A stretch of DNA of 64,000 bases from Candidatus Aegiribacteria sp. (lineage in GTDB: Bacteria; Fermentibacterota; Fermentibacteria; Fermentibacterales; JCC-6), in the NCBI GenBank assembly GCA_021108005.1, contig JAIORS010000218.1, positions 30,911 to 94,910 on the forward strand. Direction: 5' to 3'. Of the stretch, positions 48,148-58,311 are shown in pieces (the stretch's first letter is position 1; each line of letters starts with the position of its first letter). The notes below the pieces were generated by a model, which was given only the letters and a program-made list of their open reading frames with translations, was not told the DNA's origin and searched no databases. The position numbers and the translations under genes are program-made.

Positions 48148-49398
48148 TCAGGACGGACTTCTCTTATAGGTTTTTCTTTTCCTTGCGAGGAAAAGCTGGC
48201 TCTTCACGATTCCCGCAATGGATTTCCAGAATGGACCCGTGTTTTCATCATCAAGGAGCTGCTTCGCATAGGTAATTACCGCTATCCATAGAAGGGAGAG
48301 AAAGAAGGCCATTAAAGTATACTTTACCACCATTTTTCCTCGCTTGGGGAAAGATCTTAGAGCGGTTGGAACGGCGGGTACCAGAACTTCTATCGTGGGG
48401 CTGTCCTTTGCTTCCTCAAGCTTAAGGGATTCGAGTTCCTGCCGCAGCATCATATAAATCGCCCGCCTGGTTTCCAGGTTTATAGTTATGTTCTCGTACT
48501 CCTTCAGCATGGAAGGCATACTCTCAAATCCCGGGAAGTAACTGAGACTATCACCGGCAGCTTTATTCATCATGCTGCTTCTGAGAAAAGCTACCTTCCT
48601 GGCAATCTCCGAATAGGCTGAACTTGATGATGACATTATGCCGCTGATACCGGCAAGATCAGCTTCAGCAAGAAGCAGCTGCGTTTCAAGGGTCCCCAGC
48701 AAATCCAGGGATTGAATGCCCTGCTGTTCGGGAAACAGCAGCCCGGTTTCCTCCCTGAACTGCTCCATTCTGTTCTGTGCTATGAGAAGGGATTCCTCGG
48801 CTACCTCAAGAAACTCTTCGGCGGCCAGTCTGCTTCTCCTGGCTCTGCTGGTGATTATTGTTGAGAGTTCGATGTTGGAAAACTCTATGATATCGTTCAC
48901 CAGAGCTGCGGCTTTTTCTCTGCTGTCAGCCTCCATTGATATCACGAAGAAACCTTCGGGAGTAAGGACAACGGAGGCTCTCTTCCCGAATTGCAGCAAG
49001 GCATCGTCCATTGTGGCGACTTTAAATCCCGGTAGAAGATGGTGCTTGAATATCACCTGTTCAAATACCGTTCTGGAGGTGAGAACCTGGAAAACGAGGT
49101 TCATATCCAACGCAGCTGACCCACCGCCCATACCGATCATGCTTCCGATTCCAGAACCAGCCAGCTGATCAGATAAAAGATCGCCGGCAAGTCCGCCGAT
49201 TCCAGCAAGACCTGCGGATGACTGCTGGCCACCGGGAACAGCAGCAACCGCAGAGGCAGCCCAGTATTGCTTTCTGGTCAGCGCCCATACCGAGGCAGCG
49301 ATTGCAACCACAAAACAGAGTACCGCGATTTTGCGAATGTTCAACACAACGGAACGAATCCATTTACCGGTAAAGGAATCATCTATGTTCTTTTTCAT
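48148..49398 (-). CDS. Polysaccharide chain-length determinant / co-polymerase (Wzz/GumC-like)
   Basis: N- and C-terminal TM helices flank a long coiled-coil-rich periplasmic region. It is adjacent to the export protein gene. Confidence 0.7.
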   Translation of the reverse strand: MKKNIDDSFTGKWIRSVVLNIRKIAVLCFVVAIAASVWALTRKQYWAASAVAAVPGGQQSSAGLAGIGGLAGDLLSDQLAGSGIGSMIGMGGGSAALDMNLVFQVLTSRTVFEQVIFKHHLLPGFKVATMDDALLQFGKRASVVLTPEGFFVISMEADSREKAAALVNDIIEFSNIELSTIITSRARRSRLAAEEFLEVAEESLLIAQNRMEQFREETGLLFPEQQGIQSLDLLGTLETQLLLAEADLAGISGIMSSSSSAYSEIARKVAFLRSSMMNKAAGDSLSYFPGFESMPSMLKEYENITINLETRRAIYMMLRQELESLKLEEAKDSPTIEVLVPAVPTALRSFPKRGKMVVKYTLMAFFLSLLWIAVITYAKQLLDDENTGPFWKSIAGIVKSQLFLARKRKTYKRSPS

Positions 49399-49407
49399 GA
49401 CTGCATT

Positions 49408-50541
49408 CTAGTTATTGATTGCATAAATTGTTATACCAATTGAAATTGTCGACGTTAACAGTGAAATCATCGCCGCATTTCTGTTGAACCAGTTGTATTT
49501 GACATTCACAATATCTCCGGGCAGAAGGTGAGCGTGTTCAACGTTTCCTTCAAACTCGGTTTCCCGACCGTTCCTATAAACTGCAATACTGTTGCTGGCT
49601 GTACTCAAACGACCGCCTGCCGTAACAATATAATCCATAACCGTGCTTTCAGGATTGTAGGGTACAGATCCGGGAATACTGATCGCGCCTCCAACTACGA
49701 TTGAGTCTCTGAATGAAACAAGCAAAATAGTGTCTCCGGGAGCAAGCTCTATATCGGTAAAACCCGCTTCCTGATTCCACACAGGAATGGGAGTTTCATC
49801 CCTGACTATTTTGCTGCAGAGGAGGTTAATATTGCCCGACACCCCACCGATTCTGATCATCAGGGATTCGAAATCCTCCCCTGTCTGCAGTTCACGGGTT
49901 TGCAGCGCATTATCAGTACTTAAAATGTAGACAGGGTCTTCGCAAATATCAATGATAATACCGGCGTTGTTGGTTAGAAACGGATCAGAAACGTAAGATA
50001 CGCTTCCGGGGCGGATATTCAGATCCACATCAAGCGTATCTCCGTCATCCGTAAAAAGTTTTCCGGTGCGGGCCCCGAAAGATGATATCCCCCCTGCACT
50101 TAAAACAGCGTCAGATACTCTGCCCAGTGCCGTTAGTACAAATGTACCCGGTTGATTCACCATACCACCGACGTTGACCCTCAACGCCCTGGGCTCAGAA
50201 AGGGAAAGCACGACTTGAATTGAGGGGAAGTAATCCGATGCCTTTCTCTGAAGAAACTGTTGAGCTTCATCAATTGTCAGTCCGTTCACACTGACAGCTC
50301 CGATTCCCGACACTGATAGATAACCGTCTCCCCCTATGGTACATTCTATCCAGGGTAAAACACCCGCACTCAATAAAATCTGGCTGGACCCGCCTTCAAC
50401 CACAACAGTCACAATGTCTCCTGGGCCAAGTACGTAAGTACTCCTGTCCGCCAGTTCAAGAACGGACGATTCCGGATTCTGAATTTCCTGTGATGAAAAC
50501 GGGAGAGAGATACTTCCCAGAATTATCATCAATATCAGCAT
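49408..50541 (-). CDS. Polysaccharide export protein (Wza-like, Poly_export plus SLBB repeats)
   Basis: LGPGDIVTVVV near the N-terminus, and repeated PGD-type soluble-ligand-binding beta-grasp segments (PGDTILLV, PGDIVNV). Confidence 0.75.
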   Translation of the reverse strand: MLILMIILGSISLPFSSQEIQNPESSVLELADRSTYVLGPGDIVTVVVEGGSSQILLSAGVLPWIECTIGGDGYLSVSGIGAVSVNGLTIDEAQQFLQRKASDYFPSIQVVLSLSEPRALRVNVGGMVNQPGTFVLTALGRVSDAVLSAGGISSFGARTGKLFTDDGDTLDVDLNIRPGSVSYVSDPFLTNNAGIIIDICEDPVYILSTDNALQTRELQTGEDFESLMIRIGGVSGNINLLCSKIVRDETPIPVWNQEAGFTDIELAPGDTILLVSFRDSIVVGGAISIPGSVPYNPESTVMDYIVTAGGRLSTASNSIAVYRNGRETEFEGNVEHAHLLPGDIVNVKYNWFNRNAAMISLLTSTISIGITIYAINN

Positions 50542-50587
50542 AACGCACCTGTTTCCACTGAAAGACTGCCAATTGAATAAATACCGG

Positions 50588-51529
50588 TCACTGCAATACC
50601 CTCAGTTTTTCTTTGAAATACTCGATGGTTATTTCCATACCTTCCTCCAAGCCAACAGTTGGCTTCCACCCCAGTTTCTCCATGGCCAGAGAAATATTCG
50701 GTTTTCTTACTTTCGGATCATCCTCGGGCAATTCCCTGTGGATTATAGAGCTTCGCGAATCAATTTTTCCAAGTACGAATTCCGAGAAATCCGAAATCGT
50801 CATTTCATCGGGGTTACCGATGTTGACCGGACCTGAAAAATCCGACTCCATTAAACGCACAAGACCATCCACCGTATCCGAAACATAACAGAAACTCCGT
50901 GTCTGGTTACCATCGCCGAAAATCGTAAGGTTCCTGTCGGAAAGTGCCTGTGAAATAAAAGCGGGAACTACCCTTCCGTCGTTCGCTCTCATTCTTGGGC
51001 CGTACGTATTGAAAATGCGGGCAATTTTCGTGTTCAAACCGTGATACCTTCGGTATGCGAAGGTAATGGCTTCAGCAAATCTTTTTGCTTCATCGTAAAC
51101 ACCCCTGGGGCCAACCGGGTTCACGTTGCCCCAGTAATCCTCTGGCTGGGGATGAACAAGAGGGTCTCCGTATATCTCGCTTGTCGACGCAAGAACGAAA
51201 CCGGCTTCCTTTGCAAGTGCCAGTCCAAGGGTTTTATGGGTACCCAGTGAACCAACTTTCAGGGTCTGGATAGGGAAAGCGAGATAATCCGCGGGGCTTG
51301 CCGGAGAAGCGAGATGGAAGATGAAATCAAGTCTTCCGTGTAAAAAAATGTAGTTCGTTACATCATGATGGATGAAGGAAAAATCTTCCCTGCCGGCCAA
51401 ATGCGCAATATTGTCTGTTGTTCCGGTAAGCAGATTGTCCATAGCCAGGACTTCGTGCCCATCCGTAAGAAGCCTTTCACAAAGATGGCTACCGATAAAA
51501 CCAGCGCCACCGGTTACAAGAATTCTCAT
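50588..51529 (-). CDS. UDP-glucuronate decarboxylase (UDP-xylose synthase-like SDR)
   Basis: The [49 protein letters not shown] and [10 protein letters not shown] blocks are typical of UXS enzymes. Confidence 0.85.
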   Translation of the reverse strand: MRILVTGGAGFIGSHLCERLLTDGHEVLAMDNLLTGTTDNIAHLAGREDFSFIHHDVTNYIFLHGRLDFIFHLASPASPADYLAFPIQTLKVGSLGTHKTLGLALAKEAGFVLASTSEIYGDPLVHPQPEDYWGNVNPVGPRGVYDEAKRFAEAITFAYRRYHGLNTKIARIFNTYGPRMRANDGRVVPAFISQALSDRNLTIFGDGNQTRSFCYVSDTVDGLVRLMESDFSGPVNIGNPDEMTISDFSEFVLGKIDSRSSIIHRELPEDDPKVRKPNISLAMEKLGWKPTVGLEEGMEITIEYFKEKLRVLQ

Positions 51530-52551
51530 GCATTCTCCCTGGAGTTGTTTAATCTTTCTGTATACATGGACCGGTAATACTCTCTGAATTCACCGGACTT
51601 TATACTCTGCCACCATGCGCGGTTTTCAATATACCAGGCCACGGTCTTTCTGATACCTTCATCAAAATCTGTTTCAGCCTTCCAGCCAATCTCACGTTCG
51701 ATAAGATCCACATTCAGCGCGTACCGCCTGTCATGACCGGGACGATCTTCAATATATCTTACAAGGCCTCTGTCGGCACCGGTCTCCTCCAGAATGGAAG
51801 AGGTAACCTCCCTGTTTGTGTGTTCCTGCCCGGCACCAATATTGTATATCCTGCCCGGCTCAGATTTCTCAATAACCTCGAGCAGCGCATTGCAGTGGTC
51901 ATCGACGAACAACCAGTCCCTTCTGTTAAGGCCGTCTCCGTAAACAGGAAGAAATTCGCCGTTCATAGCATTGGTTACGAACAGCGGGATCAGCTTCTCA
52001 GGATACTGGAAGGGTCCGTAATTGTTGGAAGCTCTGGTTACGGTTACCGGAACACCGTACGTGGTCCAGTAACTCATCGCCAGAAGCTCACCTCCTGCCT
52101 TGGATGCGGCGTACGGGCTTCTGGGAGCAAGCTGGTCAGTCTCAATGGATCTGCCGTTTTCCACACTCCCGTACACCTCATCTGTTGAAATCTGCAGGAA
52201 GAGATGTCTGTCTTCTCTTCGGAAGACTTCAAGAAGAACTCTTACTCCTTCTATATCAGTTCTGACGAATGAGGCGGAATCATCAATGGATCTGTCAACA
52301 TGGGTTTCCGCGGCAAAATTAACCACCACGTCGCACCCTTCCATCGCACTTAAGACTGCCTTTTCATTGCAGATGTCTCCACGGATAAATTCGAACCGGG
52401 GATCGCTTTCGAGGTCTTTCAGATTTTCTCTTCTGCCTGCGTAAGTCAGTTTATCAAGAACGGTTACTTCCCAGTCAGGCCTGGTGCCAAGTGCCAATCT
52501 GGTGAAGTTGCTCCCTATAAAGCCGGCTCCACCCGTAACCAGTAATTTCAT
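51526..52551 (-). CDS. rfbB: dTDP-glucose 4,6-dehydratase
   Basis: Motifs [18 protein letters not shown] and [11 protein letters not shown], with the RfbB-type C-terminus. Confidence 0.9.
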   Translation of the reverse strand: MKLLVTGGAGFIGSNFTRLALGTRPDWEVTVLDKLTYAGRRENLKDLESDPRFEFIRGDICNEKAVLSAMEGCDVVVNFAAETHVDRSIDDSASFVRTDIEGVRVLLEVFRREDRHLFLQISTDEVYGSVENGRSIETDQLAPRSPYAASKAGGELLAMSYWTTYGVPVTVTRASNNYGPFQYPEKLIPLFVTNAMNGEFLPVYGDGLNRRDWLFVDDHCNALLEVIEKSEPGRIYNIGAGQEHTNREVTSSILEETGADRGLVRYIEDRPGHDRRYALNVDLIEREIGWKAETDFDEGIRKTVAWYIENRAWWQSIKSGEFREYYRSMYTERLNNSRENA

Positions 52552-53282
52552 ACGGTTTGTCCCTTTCGAAGGTTTCTTGCCATGATTCCCGCCTGCAGCA
52601 GGCCTTCAATACTGCACCCTGAATCTGCCCACCATCCATCAATTATATCAGCATGGAGCTTATTTTCCTTCAAATACGCATTGTTGATATCGGTAACCTC
52701 AAGTTCACCCCTTGCGGATGGTTCAAGACTGTCGATAATCTCAAAAGCGAAATTATCGAACATATAAACACCTATCACCGCGTAACTGCTTCTTGGTTTC
52801 CCGGGTTTTTCCTCGATCGAGATAACTCTTGTACCTTCCAGCTCCGCGACTCCGTAATCACTGGGATTGTCAACTCTTTTAAGAAGAATTCGCGCGCCGT
52901 CTTTCTGGTTTTCAAAGGCAGCTACTTTTTCAGCAAGAGAATCTTCGAGAATGTTGTCACCCAGGATCACAACGAATTTATCCTCTCCCACAAAGGTTCT
53001 TGTAAGGCCTATTGCTTCGGCAATTCCCCCCTCATTTACCTGATAGGCGTAGTTAAGTGTATTCAGGCCGAATTCGGATCCATCCCCCAGCAGTCTAAGA
53101 AAATCACCGGCGCTGTTTCCTCCTGTAACCAGCATAACATCCTTTATCCCGGCTTCAGCGAGTTTCTGCAGAGGATAGAAGATCATCGGTTGATCGTAAA
53201 CCGGCAGGAGGTGTTTATTTGTTATACTTGTCAAAGGGCGAAGCCGCGTACCAAGCCCGCCGGCCAGCACTACACCTTTCAT
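52548..53282 (-). CDS. Sugar-1-phosphate nucleotidylyltransferase (short-form glucose-1-phosphate thymidylyltransferase-like)
   Basis: MKGVVLAGGLGTRLRPLTSITNKHLLPVYDQPMI is the G-x-G-T-R-L signature. I use the internal Met (codon 11 of the track ORF). Confidence 0.85.
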   Translation of the reverse strand: MKGVVLAGGLGTRLRPLTSITNKHLLPVYDQPMIFYPLQKLAEAGIKDVMLVTGGNSAGDFLRLLGDGSEFGLNTLNYAYQVNEGGIAEAIGLTRTFVGEDKFVVILGDNILEDSLAEKVAAFENQKDGARILLKRVDNPSDYGVAELEGTRVISIEEKPGKPRSSYAVIGVYMFDNFAFEIIDSLEPSARGELEVTDINNAYLKENKLHADIIDGWWADSGCSIEGLLQAGIMARNLRKGQTV

Positions 53283-53301
53283 ACATGACCCTCTTCCAAT
53301 T

Positions 53302-55503
53302 TCATCGTACAATGGCCAGTTTCAGGAATCTGTCGTTCCCGCTCTGTGTTATCCGGACTATATAGGTCCCGGATGCCACAGGATTTCCATTCAGACCGTA
53401 CCCGTCCCACGAGAATGTATCTCTATGCTGTGACAGAGACTCATAAATAAGTCCTCCCGTCAGGTCAAACAGACGGATATCGAATGCTTCGTTCGACAGT
53501 CCGGCTAAACCAAGAACCTGTCCATCTCCGGGTATAAACGGATTTGGATAAACTGCGGCAGTTTCAAGAATGCCGTTCATTCCCTGTTCAAGAGTGAGTT
53601 TCCACAAACCGTGATCTGTTACAATGTAAAGAAGTCCATTATCAAAATCGCAGGCTATATTTCGCACATTAAGTGATTGAAGTGATGAATTCAGTGTGTT
53701 GTACTCTTCAACGGATCCATCGGGATAGATTCTGAAAAGCCCTTCCGAAACCCCTCCCCAGAGATCTGAAGTCCCCGCCCAGAGGCAGGATAAATTATCA
53801 AAACAAAGCACATTTATATTGCCGGATACGTCTTCCACATCATTGAAAGTATCTTCTCCTGCTTTCATAACAACGAGACCGTTAATTGTTCCCACGTAGA
53901 GATCTTCGTTTCTTGAAAGAGCTATTGATTGCACATCCTCGGATGGTAATCCCTGTGAGGGGCCTGCAGAATACAGAACCTCGCCTGTTAGTATATTCCC
54001 TTTAACCAGTCCCAGTTTAGTTCCCATCCAAGCTATGGAAGATGAGAATGTCGATGCAACATCCCGTACATAGCCTGATGGAAGTCCGTTAAATGGCTCG
54101 AAGGTCTTCCAGGACGCAGTTTCCTCCTGGCCGGGTGTCCAGGAGAGTCTTACTACACCGCTGGGTTCGAATTCCGATTGCCAGTATGGTTCCTGAGCAA
54201 ACCACACCTCTCCGGATGATGAAATCGCTACGTTTTTGATCTGATTATTCAAAAGACCGCTATTCTCAGTATTCCAGTTGATAAGAACATCATCATCCCT
54301 CTGAGGTGTTCCCTTCCAGTCAAGCCAGGTGACTCCGAAATGCCAGGGAGCGATGAATACACCTCCGGAATTGTCTGCCATGCAGGCGAACACCTGATCC
54401 GGTCTCGGAAGTTCATCCATGAATTCAACCCATCCGTGTTCACTGTAAACCGCAGCGCCTTTTATTTTGCTTGTCACCCATATATCGTTCCTCGAATCCA
54501 CATCAACCGCATACAGGTCGTTGGATGGAGTTCCCTGCGGCCATGAAGAAATCCAGGAATTCATTGTTCCTATTCCCACACCGTTGCCGGAGGCTCTGTT
54601 CACTGCATAACTCGAGTGCTGCCCTATCATCAGACTGTCACCGGGAATCCAGCTGATTGCCTGGACCACCTGACCTCCAAGTCCGCCCGATCCGCTGGTC
54701 CAGTTCGAGCCGTCGAATATCGCGATACTGCCTTTATCCCCTACAGCAAGACGTCCGTTCGCCGATGCAAGAGACACGGGATAGCTGCCAGGATATGAAT
54801 TGTTCTTCTGCCAGTCCTGCCCCGCCGCCATATAGTAAAGACCTTCCGTTGAAGCAGCCCATACAGTATCGGCTTCCACGATGATATCCTGCACTATAAG
54901 ATCTGAGACGGAAGGAAACTCCAGCCAGGAATCGGATTGCCCGGGATGCTGGCCAGCCCGAAGCATAACAAGGCCGCTGGAAGTTCCGACGAAGAGTCCG
55001 GAATCAACGCTGGCAATACAATTGACAATATCTGACGGTAATCCTCCTCCAGTTGTGAATTCAGTCCAGACCTCGAAATACCCAAGTTTCTTGCTGCATA
55101 GCCCCGATGTCGTGCCGACCCATACCGTCGTATCGGGAAGAATACAGTTGATCTCAAGTGAAATCGGCAACCCCTCAAGCTGCCCGTAATGTTGAAAGCC
55201 TCCTGAAGCCAGGCTTACATCAATACCGCCTCCGTACGTTCCTATCCAGAGATTTTCGAAGGAATCCATTGCCAGACATCTTGCATCGCTGTGTGAAAGG
55301 TTCCCCGGACAGACCCAGGTTGAATCCCAGACGATACCGCCGGATTCAATTGAGCCGAAAATAACACCGCCGGTTGTAGCACCTGTAACCAGAGATTCCT
55401 CGACAAGAATATCACTGACTCCGCCAAAATGCGTATAGTGGTTCCATTCGGATTCGGAGATTCTACCTGTCAGAATCACACTGCATATCATCAGCAAAGT
55501 CAT
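53302..55503 (-). CDS. Reg_prop-type beta-propeller repeat protein with FlgD-Ig-like C-terminal sorting domain
   Basis: Many units of the form (L/V)W(I/V)GT..GL (NLWIGTYGGG, TVWVGTTSGL, GLFVGTSSGL, IAWMGTKLGL, DLYVGTINGL). The tail reads YPNPFIPGDG...ASGTYIVRI...LKLAIVR. Its ATG overlaps the upstream stop (ATGA). Confidence 0.75.
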   Translation of the reverse strand: MTLLMICSVILTGRISESEWNHYTHFGGVSDILVEESLVTGATTGGVIFGSIESGGIVWDSTWVCPGNLSHSDARCLAMDSFENLWIGTYGGGIDVSLASGGFQHYGQLEGLPISLEINCILPDTTVWVGTTSGLCSKKLGYFEVWTEFTTGGGLPSDIVNCIASVDSGLFVGTSSGLVMLRAGQHPGQSDSWLEFPSVSDLIVQDIIVEADTVWAASTEGLYYMAAGQDWQKNNSYPGSYPVSLASANGRLAVGDKGSIAIFDGSNWTSGSGGLGGQVVQAISWIPGDSLMIGQHSSYAVNRASGNGVGIGTMNSWISSWPQGTPSNDLYAVDVDSRNDIWVTSKIKGAAVYSEHGWVEFMDELPRPDQVFACMADNSGGVFIAPWHFGVTWLDWKGTPQRDDDVLINWNTENSGLLNNQIKNVAISSSGEVWFAQEPYWQSEFEPSGVVRLSWTPGQEETASWKTFEPFNGLPSGYVRDVASTFSSSIAWMGTKLGLVKGNILTGEVLYSAGPSQGLPSEDVQSIALSRNEDLYVGTINGLVVMKAGEDTFNDVEDVSGNINVLCFDNLSCLWAGTSDLWGGVSEGLFRIYPDGSVEEYNTLNSSLQSLNVRNIACDFDNGLLYIVTDHGLWKLTLEQGMNGILETAAVYPNPFIPGDGQVLGLAGLSNEAFDIRLFDLTGGLIYESLSQHRDTFSWDGYGLNGNPVASGTYIVRITQSGNDRFLKLAIVR

Positions 55504-56450
55504 ATCCTCGCCTCCCACCATGAGAATAGTTTTTTCAGCCCGCTTAATCTATCGACTTCGGGTTTCCAGCCGAGCAGGGATCGAAGTCTCGAAGGATCAC
55601 CAACCTGGAATTCGACATCTGCCGGTCTGAACAGGTCTTTATCAACTTCGAGTTCGGCATCCAGACCGGATATCCCGATAAGCATTCGTACCATGTCACC
55701 GATACTGTCACCGTTCCCTGTACAAATATTGTAAATACTCCCCGAATGTCCTCTGCTTAGAATATACCGGTAGGCTCTTGCGACATCGGTTACATACAGA
55801 TAGTCCCTTACCGGGTTCAGGTTTCCGACACGGATCACGTTGTTCCCGTTCCGCCTGGAATCAATAATCCTTTTACAGAACGATGGAAACGCGAAATCCT
55901 CGGACTGTCCCGGACCAAAATGAGGAAATGCGCGGGTAATAACGATGTCCAGCTCGTAATTCCGCGCAAACTGCAAAGCCGCTATCTCCGCGGCCGCTTT
56001 GGTCGTTCCGTACGGATTCTTAGGGCCGATTTCACTGTTTTCAGTAATAAGGTCGTCAGTTGATTTGTACACTTCCGCTGAGCTTGCCAGAAGCATCCTT
56101 GCCCGGGGGCATTTTGAAACCATGTACTCGAGAACCGATACGGTTCCCATCAGATTGATCTCGTAAGCCTTATGGATTTCCTTCAAGGATTTCGAAACGG
56201 AACTCATGGCCGCAAGATGTATTATGTACCTTACTTCTCCGAGCTCTTCAGGCGGTGGCGCCGGGAGTTTCCAACCGATTTTCCTGACCCCTTCGGGAGC
56301 TTGAAAGTCATCGGTTATGTCAACAGCGATATCGTTCTCTCCCATTCCGAGTTCGTTCATGAGATGGTAACCTACGAAACCTGCCGCACCGGTTACGAGA
56401 ACAGGTCCGGGTTCCAGGTTTGCATTTCTGCGATTGTCTATATCTGCCAT
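55500..56450 (-). CDS. NAD-dependent epimerase/dehydratase (Rmd/GDP-6-deoxyhexose reductase-like SDR)
   Basis: VLVTGAAGFVGYHL, YGTTKAAAE (YxxxK), and FPSFCKRII...VGNLNPVRDYLYVTDVARAY. Confidence 0.8.
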   Translation of the reverse strand: MADIDNRRNANLEPGPVLVTGAAGFVGYHLMNELGMGENDIAVDITDDFQAPEGVRKIGWKLPAPPPEELGEVRYIIHLAAMSSVSKSLKEIHKAYEINLMGTVSVLEYMVSKCPRARMLLASSAEVYKSTDDLITENSEIGPKNPYGTTKAAAEIAALQFARNYELDIVITRAFPHFGPGQSEDFAFPSFCKRIIDSRRNGNNVIRVGNLNPVRDYLYVTDVARAYRYILSRGHSGSIYNICTGNGDSIGDMVRMLIGISGLDAELEVDKDLFRPADVEFQVGDPSRLRSLLGWKPEVDRLSGLKKLFSWWEARI

Positions 56451-56453
56451 TGT

Positions 56454-57380
56454 TCAATTCCTCCGACCAAGATACCGGATCTCCTCTTTGAGCAGAATGC
56501 CGCTCTTTTCAAAAACCACTTCACGCACGGTGTCAATAAGTTCCGCTATATCAGCGGATGTTGCGTCTCCGGTATTTATAATAAAATTCGCGTGTTTTTC
56601 TGAAACCATGGCGCCACCTGCCGTTTTTCCCTTCAGTCCGGCATCCTCTATCAGTTTTCCGGGGGGAATCCCTTCTTCAGGTTTTTTAAACACGCTTCCT
56701 GCATTGGGGTGCTGAAGGGGAAACTTCTTCCTGCGCAGATCCAGGATTCTCTTTCCTTCGGAGCGAAGAACACCGGGATCATCGACCCCAAGCAGCATCT
56801 CTACCCCTGTAATAACAGTCTTCTCGTCCTGAAATCTGCTGAATCTGTATCCGAAACAGCATTCATCCCGGTCTATAATATTCTCTGAACCCCTGAAATC
56901 CAATACTGATACACTTTTCAGACAATCCGATATTGAATTTCCGTAAGCCCCGGCATTCATGAATACCGCCCCGCCAACTGTCCCGGGAATACCTATGGCG
57001 AATTCCAGCCCCGCAGCTCCTCTGCTGCAGGCAGCCCCGGACAACGATGGCAGGTGAACACCTCCACCGCTTTTGAGAACCCAACCGCTTTCCAGTGGAC
57101 GCCATCTGATCTTCGACATATCCCCAAAAAGCCTGATTATCACTTCACCGCAGCCTGCGTCCGAAGCCAATACATTCGACCCCTGACCGAGAATGAACCA
57201 TGAGATTCCTTCTTTGAACGTAAGAGCCAGGAGATCGGCAAGCATTCCGGTAGAGGTGACAGTCACAGAAACCGCGGGGCCTCCGGTCCGCCAGGTAGTC
57301 AGTTCACTCAGCTGCATTATCTCGACGTCTGACGGAAAATACTCACTGAGTAATCGATAGGTTGATTCTATACTATTCAA
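56454..57380 (-). CDS. murB: UDP-N-acetylenolpyruvoylglucosamine reductase
   Basis: Motifs TTWRTGGPA, ILGQGSNVL, GIPGTVGGAVFMNAGAYG, NAGSVFKKP and GGAMVSEKHANFIIN. The track ORF extends to 57452, but TTG at 57380 avoids an 80-nt overlap with the upstream GT2 gene. Confidence 0.85.
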   Translation of the reverse strand: MNSIESTYRLLSEYFPSDVEIMQLSELTTWRTGGPAVSVTVTSTGMLADLLALTFKEGISWFILGQGSNVLASDAGCGEVIIRLFGDMSKIRWRPLESGWVLKSGGGVHLPSLSGAACSRGAAGLEFAIGIPGTVGGAVFMNAGAYGNSISDCLKSVSVLDFRGSENIIDRDECCFGYRFSRFQDEKTVITGVEMLLGVDDPGVLRSEGKRILDLRRKKFPLQHPNAGSVFKKPEEGIPPGKLIEDAGLKGKTAGGAMVSEKHANFIINTGDATSADIAELIDTVREVVFEKSGILLKEEIRYLGRRN

Positions 57381-58311
57381 AATCCCTGCCTGACAATCCC
57401 AGCAAACATCCGCCAACCGAGAGGTAAGTGAAAAGAAAAGAAGGCTTCCCAACTATTTCCATCCACCTCAGTACGCATCTGTATACCGGTCGAAGGAGAG
57501 CAAGTTTTACCAATATTCTCATTGCTATGGTCGCCGGATTTGCAGGTCTTGAAAACACAGGTTTAATCCAGTTGGTCCCCTGAAGACCTTCCGCTTCCGG
57601 TATTTTCTCAAGAATATACCCAATCCCGTATTTCCCGTACTCGACCATTTTCGCCGAATGCTCCCGAATGGTAACATCAATCCCAAGATGATACACCCTT
57701 AAATCAGGATCCCAGTAAAAGGATACTCCTTTCCTGGCCAGTCTGAATCCGATTTCAGTATCTTCTCCGCCCCAGTGATCTATGGCGATATCAAACCCTC
57801 CAGTCGATTCAAGAAGAGACAGTGGAAGACTGATGTTGCCGGTAACAAAATACCGGGGAGGGAACCTTCCCGCACTGCGGTTGCCCATGCCTCTTGTATC
57901 GAACCATTTCTGCCATGGAGTTGCTCTTTCGTGCCAGGCATCCACTCTGGCGCCCATGATCACGTCTCCACATCCCATGCGGTGTAACTCAAGATGCTTT
58001 CTGATGATATCCGGTGGAAACCTGATATCAGCATCCGAAAGAAATGAGATTGGAGCGCTTGACTCCATCCATCCGCGATTTCGGGCTTCTGACCTTTTAC
58101 CACTGCTTTCAAGCCTGACCACAATGACATCAACAGTTCCGGGAAAATTCAGGTTGAAATCATCCTTCACTGGAATCCTGCTGCCATCGTCAACGATTAT
58201 CAGTTCCCAGTGTATGCCCCCTGTATCCTGTTTTCGAAGGCTTTCAAGACATGCCCGGAAGTTATCACCGCCATCCCTTATCGGAATCTGAAGTGATATT
58301 TCAGGTTTCAT
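57373..58311 (-). CDS. Glycosyltransferase family 2
   Basis: ISLQIPIRDGGDNFRACLESL...LIIVDDGS and SDADI motifs. I use the internal Met at 58311, which overlaps the flippase stop. Confidence 0.8.
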   Translation of the reverse strand: MKPEISLQIPIRDGGDNFRACLESLRKQDTGGIHWELIIVDDGSRIPVKDDFNLNFPGTVDVIVVRLESSGKRSEARNRGWMESSAPISFLSDADIRFPPDIIRKHLELHRMGCGDVIMGARVDAWHERATPWQKWFDTRGMGNRSAGRFPPRYFVTGNISLPLSLLESTGGFDIAIDHWGGEDTEIGFRLARKGVSFYWDPDLRVYHLGIDVTIREHSAKMVEYGKYGIGYILEKIPEAEGLQGTNWIKPVFSRPANPATIAMRILVKLALLRPVYRCVLRWMEIVGKPSFLFTYLSVGGCLLGLSGRDFE